This document shows positions 19,563 through 30,003 of a stretch of 64,000 nucleotides of DNA, in pieces. The DNA comes from Clostridiales bacterium (lineage in GTDB: Bacteria; Bacillota; Clostridia; Oscillospirales; CAG-272): assembly GCA_012519315.1 (NCBI GenBank), contig JAAYQM010000100.1:23312-87311 (forward strand), read 5' to 3'. The notes under the pieces were generated by a model. The model had not been told where the DNA came from, ran no database searches, and saw only the letters and a list, made by a program, of their open reading frames with translations. How positions within the stretch are numbered: position 1 is the first letter of the stretch; the number at the start of each line of letters is the position of its first letter. The position numbers and the translations under genes were made by a program.

Positions 19563-19597
19563 TACAGTTGAATCAAGCAATCTCGTCGATCTTCATA

Positions 19598-19637
19598 TAA
19601 AAAGATACCGTCGCCTTTTGCCGACGGTATCTTTTTA
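19598..19637. terminator. Bidirectional rho-independent terminator
   Basis: AAAGATACCGTCG (19601-19613) pairs with CGACGGTATCTTT (19622-19634). Confidence 0.75.
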
Positions 19638-19650
19638 TATTATTATGCTT

Positions 19651-19881
19651 TTAGGCAACAATGAATTTTTTGATTTCTTCAAAGAGCCGGTCAGCGCTTT
19701 CGCAATGTGCAGTAAGCTCAATCGGATTCAACAGATCAAGGCTGAATATACCCATTATAGATTTTGCATCAACAATATATCTGCCGGAGGACAGGTCGAT
19801 ATCACAGTCATAACGAGCGACTATGTTGACAAAATTCCTTACATCTTCAATGGTTGAAAGGCGAATCATTGTTTTTTTCAT
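19651..19881 (-). CDS. HPr-like protein (PTS HPr fold, no obvious His15 site)
   Basis: 76 aa. VDAKSIMGIFSLDL resembles the conserved HPr segment around Ser46. Confidence 0.65.
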   Translation of the reverse strand: MKKTMIRLSTIEDVRNFVNIVARYDCDIDLSSGRYIVDAKSIMGIFSLDLLNPIELTAHCESADRLFEEIKKFIVA

Positions 19882-19960
19882 ACGTTACCTCAATTTATTA
19901 AATAAAATATGTTGTTCACTCTAAAATGATTGGCTCATTTAAGAAAAAGGGATTGTTTTT

Positions 19961-19995
19961 AAAATAAAAATGCGCAGGGGCGCATTTTTATTTTA
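19961..19995 (-). terminator. Rho-independent terminator
   Basis: AAATAAAAATGCGC pairs with GCGCATTTTTATTT across an AGG loop (19976-19978). Confidence 0.7.
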
Positions 19996-20031
19996 AAAGA
20001 CATAGATAAAATGCAATCGAATTTTCGGCAA

Positions 20032-20454
20032 CTATTCGGTGGTTACTTCCAGCTCTTCAAAATAATATTCGATTTTGTCGCCGTCTTTTATTATATAATC
20101 GCCTGCTTTGCCCGCATCATCATCCGGCTCAACCCCATTAATCTTCCAAAGCCAAATGCCTGTGTCAGTCTCCGCATATTCGTCAAGTTTATAAAGACTC
20201 AATTTGTCCTCGGTAAGCTCATAATCCAGTTGGAGTACGTCGCAAGCGCGTTCAACAGCGTTAATAATTGTGGGTTTGCCGTCCTCTGCTACAACAAGAA
20301 TATTATCATATTCTCCTAGGACAGTTCCCTTATAGACAAATTTTACATCTACTTTAACTTCTACTGCCTCAACCTCATCTTTCCTGCAAGAAGATAAGAT
20401 TCCAACAAGAAGAATCACACAAAGAAGTATTAGCGAAAACTTTTTCTTACTCAC
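20032..20454 (-). CDS. Lipoprotein, DUF4430-like (transcobalamin-like beta domain)
   Basis: It has a signal peptide with lipobox ILSSC. The C-terminal WLWKINGVEPD...AGDYIIKDGDKIEYYF is typical of DUF4430. TAG stop. Confidence 0.65.
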   Translation of the reverse strand: MSKKKFSLILLCVILLVGILSSCRKDEVEAVEVKVDVKFVYKGTVLGEYDNILVVAEDGKPTIINAVERACDVLQLDYELTEDKLSLYKLDEYAETDTGIWLWKINGVEPDDDAGKAGDYIIKDGDKIEYYFEELEVTTE

Positions 20455-20599
20455 AATATCACCTACAATTACAATTATTTTTAATAGATTATACTAAAGT
20501 TCATATATTTTGTCAATAGATTAAGGCAAATTATAAGAACTTTACAGCAAATTAAATAACTTGTTCTGATTTCTCTTGATTAAATCCAGAAAACCGGGT

Positions 20600-23221
20600 T
20601 TACGGTGGGTCGGGCGAGGATGTCTCAGACGGATCTGTCGTTGTGACCGGCTTCGGATTTCTAAAGGCTTCAAAATCAAAGTTTTCATAACTGAAGCAGT
20701 TAAATTGTCGTCCTACACTGCCGTAAGTGGTAGTAATTCCCACATAGGTGCCCGGCTCTATTGTGTTGATGAAGAAGGGCACCGACCAATAGGAGCCTGG
20801 TTCAATATAAGAGGGCAGCGGTCGATAGACATATTGAGCATCTACAACACTAACCTGAATCGGGAAGCTACGGTCAGTTACTTTGATTAAAGCGTATTCC
20901 TTGACATATTCAGGATTTGAATAGGCATGTGCCAATCCCCCGCCGTATTGTGTGTCATATTTCACCAGCACATGGGTATCGCAGGGCTCTGACGGAACGG
21001 TATCCAATGTGAAGTAACCGACATCAGCCCGACTGCCTCGCGGGTCATGCTTGCAGACATCGGTATACAGCTTGCCCGAATCCATACAGTAAGTTGCCTT
21101 GACCACATTTGAGGGTTGCTCAAAGGTCTTAAGGGGGGCAATGTTGTTTTTAGCGTCGTTTATATATTGTTCATGAAGCTTTGTCATGACAGCATCCCAT
21201 ATCAGACAGGACGGGTTTTGGGCTGTGTTGATGCTTTTCGGCATTGCATAGCCATACCAAACGCCGCCGACATAATAAGGTGTATATCCGACAAACCACC
21301 TGTCTCTGTCGTCATCGGTTGTACCGGTTTTTCCGGCAACATCAACATAGTTACGCAGCGACACCTCCCTACCCGTTCCGTTATGCATGACGTTCTGCAT
21401 CATTTTTGTCATGATAAATGCGGTGCTTTCCTTAAATACAATTTCACCGGAATAATCTTTTTGAAGAATAACATTTCCGCTGCTGTCCTCAACATATAGA
21501 TACGAGCGGCATTCGTTATAGATTCCTCTGTTCGGAAAGGCTGCAAAAGCAGCGGTTATCTCCCGCACGGTAAGACCATAGGTAAGCTGTCCGAGTGCCA
21601 ATGGAGACGGGGCCTTGTCGGTAAAGACCTTGCCACTTTCGGTTTTGTGAAGATCGATCAGGCTTTCGACGCCAAGCTTGTTTTTGACATAATCAAAGGA
21701 TTTTTCTATTGTAAGATCCTGAAGAACACGAACGGCTATTGTATTGACTGACCGCTCTACAGCGCTGTTTATCGTTGTTAGTCCTCGAAAAACAACAGGA
21801 AGGTTTTGCGGCCATGCTCTGGGAGCATTGGGATTGTTGCCGAAGGACACAGGCACGTCGTCATAAATGCTGCCATAGGTAATAATCCCTTCTTCAAGTG
21901 CAGGGCCATAGACAGCAATCGGCTTTATTGAGGAGCCCGGCGGACGTTTTGTCTGAGTCGCAAAATTTAGAATGCGGTTTCCGGTTTTTTCACCGCGAGA
22001 ACCGACTACTCCGAGAAGATCGCCGGTATAAGGGTCGATGATAACCATCGCAGACTCTGCCTGAATACCCTCATTCTTAGTTAGGAATATTTTCGGATCG
22101 GCGGTGGTATAAACCTCCTCAATCACCTGCTGAACATTGGGATCCATCGGGGTATAGATATGCAGCCCGCCCGAATAGATATAGTTGCTGGCAACACGGC
22201 GGTTCCATCCCTTTTGCTCAACAAGATCGTTGATAATGTCGGTTATTACGGTATCGGTATACCACGAATTGGTAGTAATTTCGTTTGATGTGCGCTGAAC
22301 ATTGAGCACAAGCTCCTTGCTGTATACCTCGTCAAACTCGCTTTGAGATATTTTTCCAAGCTCGAGCATCTTTTTCAGCACAAGATTGCGGCGGTACATA
22401 TTCCCGTCCCCATAGGCGGGAGAGCCCGGATTCTGAATCGGGTCATATTTGGTGGGCGCTTGGGTGATGCCTGCAATGGCAGCACATTCTATCAAGGTCA
22501 GTTCGCTGACATCCTTACCAAAATAGGTCCATGCGGCCGCCCGAACGCCAATACAGTTTTGTGACAGGGGCACGATGTTGAGATACATCTCTAAGATTTC
22601 TTGCTTGCTCTTAGTTTTTTCGAGATTAAGAGCCGTCAGAATCTCCTGAACCTTGCGCTGAATTTTCACATCATCGTATTCGGTCAGGTTCTTTATCAAC
22701 TGCTGAGTTATCGTTGAACCGCCGTATAGCTTATCCCCGAAAAAGAAGTTAAGTACGGCGCCCCCCGTTCTCTTCCAGTCCACACCGGGGTGATCCCAAA
22801 AACGCTCATCCTCAATCGAGATAAAAGCCTCTATAAGATAGGTCGGCATCTCGTCATAGGACGCCCACAGGCTGTTTTCAGCGCCATAAAGCCGCTCAGA
22901 CACCAATTCAACAGGCTTTGCACCTACACGGTTTATTCGGTCGGTGTATTCCATGTAATATATCTTTGTCGTCTGAGAGCTTGCAGGACTGACGAACAGC
23001 GATTCATCAATCGTTGTGTCGATGTAATTGTTGATATAGATTGCAAAGGCTACTCCGACAATAATGCCGGTCAGAAAACCGATCAGCATCAGGGTCAGAA
23101 GAATATTCAGTACATATGCAAAGGTTCTGGCAAGGATGCGTCCGATTTTTTTCAGCGCCTTGAGGAATTCGCCTTGCCAATCTACCGGCATATTTGGGTT
23201 TCTTTTAATTTGCTTGTTCAT
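20600..23221 (-). CDS. Class A penicillin-binding protein (PBP1A family; glycosyltransferase plus transpeptidase)
   Basis: GT51 motifs EDERFWDHPGVD and GGSTITQQL are present. Transpeptidase motifs SSIKP and KTGTT are present. ATG at 23221 follows GTGAGGGA. There is a roughly 200-aa C-terminal extension. Confidence 0.93.
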   Translation of the reverse strand: MNKQIKRNPNMPVDWQGEFLKALKKIGRILARTFAYVLNILLTLMLIGFLTGIIVGVAFAIYINNYIDTTIDESLFVSPASSQTTKIYYMEYTDRINRVGAKPVELVSERLYGAENSLWASYDEMPTYLIEAFISIEDERFWDHPGVDWKRTGGAVLNFFFGDKLYGGSTITQQLIKNLTEYDDVKIQRKVQEILTALNLEKTKSKQEILEMYLNIVPLSQNCIGVRAAAWTYFGKDVSELTLIECAAIAGITQAPTKYDPIQNPGSPAYGDGNMYRRNLVLKKMLELGKISQSEFDEVYSKELVLNVQRTSNEITTNSWYTDTVITDIINDLVEQKGWNRRVASNYIYSGGLHIYTPMDPNVQQVIEEVYTTADPKIFLTKNEGIQAESAMVIIDPYTGDLLGVVGSRGEKTGNRILNFATQTKRPPGSSIKPIAVYGPALEEGIITYGSIYDDVPVSFGNNPNAPRAWPQNLPVVFRGLTTINSAVERSVNTIAVRVLQDLTIEKSFDYVKNKLGVESLIDLHKTESGKVFTDKAPSPLALGQLTYGLTVREITAAFAAFPNRGIYNECRSYLYVEDSSGNVILQKDYSGEIVFKESTAFIMTKMMQNVMHNGTGREVSLRNYVDVAGKTGTTDDDRDRWFVGYTPYYVGGVWYGYAMPKSINTAQNPSCLIWDAVMTKLHEQYINDAKNNIAPLKTFEQPSNVVKATYCMDSGKLYTDVCKHDPRGSRADVGYFTLDTVPSEPCDTHVLVKYDTQYGGGLAHAYSNPEYVKEYALIKVTDRSFPIQVSVVDAQYVYRPLPSYIEPGSYWSVPFFINTIEPGTYVGITTTYGSVGRQFNCFSYENFDFEAFRNPKPVTTTDPSETSSPDPP

Positions 23222-23434
23222 GTCCCTCACTTTTCTTTCTTCATGAAATGAAATTTTAGAAAGATTTAGTAGGTTTTATATTGTGGTTACTACTATTATA
23301 AACAACATTATAAACGAATAATTTGAATATATTGTGAATATCTGTAAATAATACTGTTAGAAAAAACTTTATATGCTGATATTCGAGCGAAACATACCGT
23401 AAGCCTATTGTTTCATAAAGGTAAGGATGAAAAA

Positions 23435-23836
23435 ATGAAAGCTTTTTTTGAAAAACGAAAAACACATGTTGTGATTATTTTCTTGGTCATGTTAACCGTG
23501 TCAATAAGCGTGTTAACCTGCGCCGCCATAACCAATGCGCAGACAAAGGCTATCAGAGCCGAGATTGAAAGCATGATCGACCTTATCAGCAATGCCAAAT
23601 TTGGAGAAAAATCAAATATCTACAGTGCTTTATATGCAGACGGTACTCCTATGTATATCATCTGTGAACACAATGGGAAAATCGGCATTTTCGACAGCCA
23701 AAAGGGGGAGCTTATCGAGGTGCTTGACCGGTATGTCTATTCCCTGCCCGATGCAGACAAGCAATTTCTTAAAAAGGGGATTCCGATATATTCATTTAGT
23801 GAGTTACTCTCACTAATCGAGGATTATACAAGCTAA
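23435..23836 (+). CDS. Small membrane-anchored hypothetical protein
   Basis: ATG follows GGTAAGGA. There is one N-terminal TM helix. No family recognised. Confidence 0.45.
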   Translation: MKAFFEKRKTHVVIIFLVMLTVSISVLTCAAITNAQTKAIRAEIESMIDLISNAKFGEKSNIYSALYADGTPMYIICEHNGKIGIFDSQKGELIEVLDRYVYSLPDADKQFLKKGIPIYSFSELLSLIEDYTS

Positions 23837-23837
23837 T

Positions 23838-24548
23838 CTACTCTTCCTCTGGATTTTGCTGTTCGGAAGGCACAATGGAGCGGATGTTTTGCGCCTGCTC
23901 ACAGGCATAGCCGAAAATCATACCTGTCATCAGGATAAACGCACCCATGATAATGCCGTACCAATCGATATTGAGTGCCAATCGCACACTTCCCTCCTCC
24001 CCGAGAAAGGTGCTCACCAGCAAGTAATTGTAAAATCGACTCAAAAAGAGTACAATTGTGTTGCCTATTAGTACAGTGATACCGATATAGCTGATTAGGT
24101 CGGCATTTTTCCTCTCAAGTACCAAGCCGTTTGTAATATTGCGGAACAGCGAGGATATAAAGCGGCAAATCGGCGCAACAACCAACAAAATAGCGGTTGC
24201 CATGAAAATTCCGGCATAAATCACCGTTTTTATATCGTCAAGAGTAACATCGGCGGCATCCGCACTTAGTCTTATGCCGTTTCCTATGAAGATATCATAG
24301 CTTGTGATAACGTCCTCATTCACCACCGCTCGCATATAAGGAGGGAGAATCATTTCCTCGGTAGGAATGTTTACTACAAAAATAATAGGTGCCATAATAA
24401 TCAGTATTGCCGCACTTACTAGCGAAACATACATCAGCACTCTAAAAAAAGGTTGACCGATTTTTGCAATCAATTTTATGCTTCGGTAGCTCAATCTGCT
24501 TTTTTGCAAGCTCATTTTCATTGGGAACTCCCTTTCTTTTTCGGACAA
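23838..24548 (-). CDS. Polytopic membrane protein (hypothetical, DUF2975-like by appearance)
   Basis: 236 aa with 5-6 hydrophobic helices. TAG stop. Confidence 0.5.
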   Translation of the reverse strand: MSEKEREFPMKMSLQKSRLSYRSIKLIAKIGQPFFRVLMYVSLVSAAILIIMAPIIFVVNIPTEEMILPPYMRAVVNEDVITSYDIFIGNGIRLSADAADVTLDDIKTVIYAGIFMATAILLVVAPICRFISSLFRNITNGLVLERKNADLISYIGITVLIGNTIVLFLSRFYNYLLVSTFLGEEGSVRLALNIDWYGIIMGAFILMTGMIFGYACEQAQNIRSIVPSEQQNPEEE

Positions 24549-24602
24549 ATAAATTTTATAATCAGAACAGCTTCTAAACCCTATGACTTTGCAAAGGGGA
24601 AG

Positions 24603-27600
24603 TTAAGTGTTCACAACATTTTCATTGCCGAGCAGCGCGGACAGTTCCCCTAAGAGAGCCCCGTCACAATTGACCCCTGTATTTGTGATTTTGATATACT
24701 TTGCGGTCCTGACATCGTAAAAGAATACCGTTATATCCCCAGGGAAACGTTGGATAATACCCAGCGCCTTTTTGCACTCCTTACTTTCAATTGAAGGAAC
24801 ACGCAAATAAAGGCGCTTTTGCTTTTTTAGGTCGCCCTTTTTGGTCAATTTATCGGCACCTGAAGGTTTGGCGATGTTTTGTTTTCCTCCGGAATTTGAG
24901 AATGATTGTTTTTCAAACTCATCGTTTGTCAGAAGAGTTGACACGTTTGATAAAAGAATTTTTGGCGGCTCATCCTCTCTGTGAGAAATATTTCCCTCAA
25001 TTATCACCGCATTGTCAGGAATCAGAAGATCGCCGAAAGACTCAAGCTGCTTTGGAAAAACAATGATTTCAATTTCCGCAAAGCGATCCTCAAGATTTAG
25101 GAAGGCCATTGTTGCGCCGTTTCGGGTATTTTTTGATATTCGACGTGTGATAAGACCGGCAACAACCACCCTTTGTCTGTCGGCATAGGCATCAGTTTCC
25201 TTGCTTTCATCAAAGGATGCAAGAATATTCGCGATGCCGTCAACATCAAGAGAGGAAATATGGTCGCTATAATCATCCAGCAAGTGACCGGAAAAGTACA
25301 TTCCCGAACACTCACGCTCAAGCATCAGCTTTTCCTTGAGGGAATACTCATCAATTTCAGGGTAATTAAAGGAGGAGACAGTTTTTATATGACTTGCGCT
25401 GCCATCGACTAAGGAAAACAGATCAAGTTGTCCGCTGATGTTCGAGTGGGATCGGGAAGTGATGATATCAATCAGCGTTTCATAAGCCGCCATCATGCGG
25501 CTACGGTAAACTCCCAGTCCGTCAAAGGCGCCGCCTTTAATCAATGCCTCCACCTGACGCTTATTAAGCTCGCGGTGAGCCATGCGCTCAATAAAATCTT
25601 CAAGGGAGGTAAAGGGGGCATTCGAGCGTTCTTTAATGATTTCATCAACGAAATGTCGACCGACATTTTTAAGTGCAAGCAGACCGAAACGAATCTCATT
25701 TCCCAGCGCCGTAAAGGTTTGGCGGCTGGTGTTGATATCAGGGGGCAAAACCCTTACATTTTCCCTTTGACATTCTGCCATATATTCGGCTACCTTTTCG
25801 GTATTGCCAAGTACAGATGTCAGAAGAGCCGCCATATACTGCACCCTGTAATGTCGCTTAAGATAGGCGGTACGATAGGAGATCATGGCATAGGCTGCGG
25901 CGTGGCTTTTGTTAAATGCGTATTTTGCGAACCCTGCCATTTCATCAAAAAGGGCGACAGCCTCCGCCACGTCCATATTTCGGCTTACAGCGCCCCGAAT
26001 AAAGGCCTCCCGCTCGGCCTCCATCGCCTCAACCTTTTTTTTGGACATATTGCGTCGAATTATGTCAGCCGCGCCGAGACTGTAGCCCGCAATTTCCCGG
26101 AAAATCTGCATAACCTGCTCCTGATAGACAATACAGCCGTAGGTTACGCCGAGAATCTTATCGAGAATGGGTGATTTGTATTTTGTTTTACCCCGGGAAA
26201 AGCGACCGGCAATATAACGCGGGATAGAATCCATCGGTCCCGGACGGTAAAGGGCAATAGTTGCTATAATATCGTCAATGCTCTCAGGGCGAAGCTGCGT
26301 TAAAACCTGCTTCATTCCCGTTGATTCAAGCTGAAAGATACCGTCGGTCTGCCCGCTTGAAATCAGCTCAAAGGTTTCCTTATCGTCCATAGGTATGGAT
26401 GAGATGTCAAAATCGGGCTCGGTTTCTTTGATCTGCTTTTCGGCATCAGAGATAATGGTGAGATAACGCAGAGCAAGAAAGTCGAATTTTACAAGACCCA
26501 GCTTTGCAACGGTATCCATGTCATATTGGGTGACAACAGTATCGTTGTTGATTGCAAGGGGAACATAGGTGCTGACAGGTCGATTGGTGATGACAACACC
26601 GGCGGCATGGGTTGAGGCATGACGGGGCATTCCCTCAAGGGAGGAGGCAATGTCAATAAGCCGTCGGATCTCCGGCGAGGAGTCATACAGCTCCCTCAGC
26701 GGTCTGCTTTTCAGAGCGGAGGCGATAGTCACCCCAGGCTCCCGCGGAATCAGTTTTGCAACCCTGTCCACCTCGGCATAAGGCATTCCGAGAGCCCTGC
26801 CAACGTCTCGCACAGCAGCCTTTGCCGCCATTGTTCCAAAGGTGATAATCTGAGCGACATGGTCGCGGCCGTATTTTTCGCTTACATATTTAATAACTTC
26901 GTCCCTTCGGTCATAGCAAAAATCAATATCAAAGTCGGGCATGCTAACCCGCTCAGGATTGAGAAAGCGTTCAAAAAGCAGATCGTATTTTATAGGATCA
27001 ATATCGGTGATTCCCACGAGATACGCCACAAGGCTGCCGGCACCGGACCCTCGACCGGGACCGACGGGAATATCCTGCTCCTTTGCATAATTGACAAAGT
27101 CGCGCACTATGAGATAATACTCGGTATATCCCATCTTGTCGATAACCGACATTTCATAATCGGCACGGGCAGTATAATCGTCGATACTGCTTACCGAAAG
27201 ATCAATATGACCGGCCTTGATTCTTCGTTCAAGCCCCTCCCTGACTAATTTTTCAAGAGATTGCGCCGGCGTCAATCGGTCATCGGTGGGGTATGAAGGC
27301 AGATACAGCTTGTCAAATTCAAAGTCAAAATTACAGCGATCGGCGATTTTTTGCGTGTTTTCAACAGCTCCGTCGTATTCGCCGAAGAGTTTTTGCATCT
27401 CCTCGGTGCTTTTGTAGTAAAACTCATCGGTTTCAAACCCGATAGGGCGTCCTTCGGTAATAACGCTGGCCGTTTGTATGCACATCAGAACAGCTTGCGT
27501 GTAGGCGTCGGTTTTGTTAATGTAATGAACGTCATTTGTAGCAACCAGGGGGATATCCAGCCTTCGGGACAGCTCCACAAGGGACGGCAGGATCGCTTTC

Positions 27601-28148
27601 TGGTCTTGAAGTCCGTGATCCTGCAGTTCGATATAAAAACGCTCTCGACCAAAGATTTCCCGCATTTCCCTTGCATGATTTTCGGCTGCCTTCATATCAC
27701 CCGAGAGAATCATTTGAGGAATATAGCCGGCAAGACAGGCCGAAAGCGCAATAAGCCCCTCCGAATGCTTGCGAAGAAGGGGCAGATCTATTCGTGGCTT
27801 TGAATAAAATCCCTCAATAAAAGAAGAGGAGACCATATGTATCAGATTTTGATAGCCGATTTTATTCTCAACAAGCAGAACAAGATGATATCCCGATGCA
27901 TCCTGCTTGCCCGATTTGTCAAATCGCGTGCGGGGCGCAACATAAACCTCGCACCCGATAATCGGCTTTATTCCCTGTTCTTTGCAGGCAGAGTAAAAGT
28001 CAACGGCACCATACATCACGCCATGGTCGGTTAATGCAACGGCAGAATGTCCCGCCTCGCGGGCGGCTTTTGGTATATCTGCAATTCTGCATGCGCCATC
28101 CAAAAGGCTATATTCGCTATGTAGATGTAAATGGACAAAGCCGGACAT
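24603..28148 (-). CDS. dnaE: DNA polymerase III alpha subunit (DnaE type)
   Basis: 1181 aa. The PHP domain start FVHLHLHSEYSLLDG, the PDFDIDF motif and an OB-fold tail are present. Confidence 0.97.
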   Translation of the reverse strand: MSGFVHLHLHSEYSLLDGACRIADIPKAAREAGHSAVALTDHGVMYGAVDFYSACKEQGIKPIIGCEVYVAPRTRFDKSGKQDASGYHLVLLVENKIGYQNLIHMVSSSFIEGFYSKPRIDLPLLRKHSEGLIALSACLAGYIPQMILSGDMKAAENHAREMREIFGRERFYIELQDHGLQDQKAILPSLVELSRRLDIPLVATNDVHYINKTDAYTQAVLMCIQTASVITEGRPIGFETDEFYYKSTEEMQKLFGEYDGAVENTQKIADRCNFDFEFDKLYLPSYPTDDRLTPAQSLEKLVREGLERRIKAGHIDLSVSSIDDYTARADYEMSVIDKMGYTEYYLIVRDFVNYAKEQDIPVGPGRGSGAGSLVAYLVGITDIDPIKYDLLFERFLNPERVSMPDFDIDFCYDRRDEVIKYVSEKYGRDHVAQIITFGTMAAKAAVRDVGRALGMPYAEVDRVAKLIPREPGVTIASALKSRPLRELYDSSPEIRRLIDIASSLEGMPRHASTHAAGVVITNRPVSTYVPLAINNDTVVTQYDMDTVAKLGLVKFDFLALRYLTIISDAEKQIKETEPDFDISSIPMDDKETFELISSGQTDGIFQLESTGMKQVLTQLRPESIDDIIATIALYRPGPMDSIPRYIAGRFSRGKTKYKSPILDKILGVTYGCIVYQEQVMQIFREIAGYSLGAADIIRRNMSKKKVEAMEAEREAFIRGAVSRNMDVAEAVALFDEMAGFAKYAFNKSHAAAYAMISYRTAYLKRHYRVQYMAALLTSVLGNTEKVAEYMAECQRENVRVLPPDINTSRQTFTALGNEIRFGLLALKNVGRHFVDEIIKERSNAPFTSLEDFIERMAHRELNKRQVEALIKGGAFDGLGVYRSRMMAAYETLIDIITSRSHSNISGQLDLFSLVDGSASHIKTVSSFNYPEIDEYSLKEKLMLERECSGMYFSGHLLDDYSDHISSLDVDGIANILASFDESKETDAYADRQRVVVAGLITRRISKNTRNGATMAFLNLEDRFAEIEIIVFPKQLESFGDLLIPDNAVIIEGNISHREDEPPKILLSNVSTLLTNDEFEKQSFSNSGGKQNIAKPSGADKLTKKGDLKKQKRLYLRVPSIESKECKKALGIIQRFPGDITVFFYDVRTAKYIKITNTGVNCDGALLGELSALLGNENVVNT

Positions 28149-28247
28149 TTCTCCTCCCTTTCCCCGCTATGTTTGCGGTTGGTGTGGTGTTTTCGATATG
28201 CTCTTTATGTTTTATGTTGACCCCGTTTTTGATTATATATGTCAGCT

Positions 28248-28967
28248 TTAGTTTGAAATGTTCTGTATATTTTTCACCGCATTCATAATTTTAGACAAGC
28301 GATGATTGACACCCGACTTTGAAATAGGCGGATCCATCATTCCCCCAAGCTCTGAAAGGGAGAGCTGAGGGTACGCCATTCGAAGACGGGCAGTTTCCTG
28401 CAATTCTGCAGGGAGCAACTTAAGTGCTCCCGCTTTTTGCAATTGTTTGATGGCGCTGATATGCTTTTGAGATGCGGCAACCATTTTTTCTATATTGTTT
28501 GTCTCGCAGTTTGCCACTCTGTTGGCGTTATTTCGCAGCTCGCGAATAATTTTGCTGTTCATCAGGATAAAAACAGCTTTTGTCGCTCCTATATATGCAA
28601 AAAAATCTTCGATAATGCTGCTATCCTTGTAATATAGAATGTGTGTGACCTTTCTTATCGACATTTTAGGGGGCAGCCCTATATCGCTGAGAAAGCTTTC
28701 CACCTCTTTTGCAGCTCTTTTACTCGAAAAGGAAAGCTCAAGATGATAACCCCGCTCGGGATTTGTCGCGCTGCCGTAAGAAATAAACAGACCCCTTAGA
28801 AATGTCGAACGGCAGGAGGGACACTTAAAGAAAAGTTCGTTTGGCAAAATGCTTTCGGCAGAATCATCAAGAGAAATATTAAGACCGGCACGAAAAGCCT
28901 TGCGGCAGCAAGCATTTTTTATTTCAAGCGCGTTTAGCTCATCCTTTGTTTTAGATGAAAAGGACAT
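28248..28967 (-). CDS. whiA: DNA-binding protein WhiA, short form
   Basis: MSFSSKTKDEL...CC.KAF, FLRGLFISYGS..NPERGYHLEL, NRVANCE and the C-terminal HTH (SLSELGGMMDPPISKSGVNHRL) are present. It is only 239 aa, against about 315 aa typically. Confidence 0.85.
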   Translation of the reverse strand: MSFSSKTKDELNALEIKNACCRKAFRAGLNISLDDSAESILPNELFFKCPSCRSTFLRGLFISYGSATNPERGYHLELSFSSKRAAKEVESFLSDIGLPPKMSIRKVTHILYYKDSSIIEDFFAYIGATKAVFILMNSKIIRELRNNANRVANCETNNIEKMVAASQKHISAIKQLQKAGALKLLPAELQETARLRMAYPQLSLSELGGMMDPPISKSGVNHRLSKIMNAVKNIQNISN

Positions 28968-29007
28968 TGTGCCAACCTCCTTTTACATGATCGAACGCGA
29001 TGAAATT

Positions 29008-29931
29008 CTATATTTCCCGGACCTCGCATTCTATATTAAGTCCCTTTTCCTCATATATTTTTTCCTTGACAATCTCAATAAGAGACATAACATCTGCCGA
29101 GGTTGCCCCGCCCGTATTAATGATGAAACCGGCATGCTTTGGTGAAATTTGCGCACCGCCGACCGATAACCCCTTAAGTCCCGCCTCTTCGATCAGCCGA
29201 GCTGTAAAGTGCCCCGGGCAGCGCTTAAATATGCTGCCCGCACTCGGGTAATCAAGGGGCTGCTTGTCAATGCGCCGTTGCATTAAATCGTCCATCTTTT
29301 GCTTAATTTCATCATAATTTCCGGGATTTAGGACAAATTCGGCGGACAAAATGATTTTTGTGGGGTCATTTGAAAAAAGGCTTATACGATAACCGAAATT
29401 ACAATCCTCACACTGTACGGTAACTATTTCACCTATCTTAGTATCAAAGTAATGCACAACCTCAACAACATCAGACATTTGCCCCTCATAGGCGCCGGCA
29501 TTCATATAAACGGCACCGCCCACCGTACCCGGAATGCCATATGCAAACTCAAGACCGGATAGTTGGGCGCCCAAAGCCTCGCGGGTCACCGAAATCAAGG
29601 ATGCACCGCATTCGGCTATAATTTTATTGCCAATCGAACACACCGAGGTAAGACGGGTTGTATTGATGACAACCCCCCTATACCCCATGTCAGAGGGAAG
29701 AATATTGCTGCCGTTGCCTAGAATGAGATACGGAAGATCAAGAGATGCTGCCGTTTTTACAAGAAAAATCAGTGCATCTATATCGCACGGATAGGCTACA
29801 AGATCAGCGGGTCCGCCGATTTTAAAGGTACAGAGGTTGGATAGCGGATAGTCTTTTGTCGTGGTGATTCGCACGTTTTCGGGCGTCTGGGCATTATATT
29901 CATCAATAATCGCTATTAGTTTTTGCAGCAT
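29008..29931 (-). CDS. murB: UDP-N-acetylenolpyruvoylglucosamine reductase
   Basis: FKIGGPADL, LGNGSNIL, GIPGTVGGAVYMNAGAY and AGSIFK motifs are present. TAG stop. Confidence 0.95.
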   Translation of the reverse strand: MLQKLIAIIDEYNAQTPENVRITTTKDYPLSNLCTFKIGGPADLVAYPCDIDALIFLVKTAASLDLPYLILGNGSNILPSDMGYRGVVINTTRLTSVCSIGNKIIAECGASLISVTREALGAQLSGLEFAYGIPGTVGGAVYMNAGAYEGQMSDVVEVVHYFDTKIGEIVTVQCEDCNFGYRISLFSNDPTKIILSAEFVLNPGNYDEIKQKMDDLMQRRIDKQPLDYPSAGSIFKRCPGHFTARLIEEAGLKGLSVGGAQISPKHAGFIINTGGATSADVMSLIEIVKEKIYEEKGLNIECEVREI

Positions 29932-30003
29932 TCAAAAAATCCTTTCAAAAGCGTTGTTCATTATATTGTAATAGACGTCCGATAGTTTTATAAGTACATT
30001 ATT

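Noticed and set aside
25428-27248. Long ORFs antisense to dnaE (25428-26174 and 26619-27248). Similar ones lie opposite the M23 peptidase (40885-41511), dinB (46621-47178), both paaK copies (48404-48898, 51748-52236), folC (18356-18886) and recN (32012-32578).
   Set aside because: Each lies entirely inside a strongly supported gene on the other strand. They have no SD or start context and low-complexity, atypical composition. They are best explained as shadow ORFs from codon bias.
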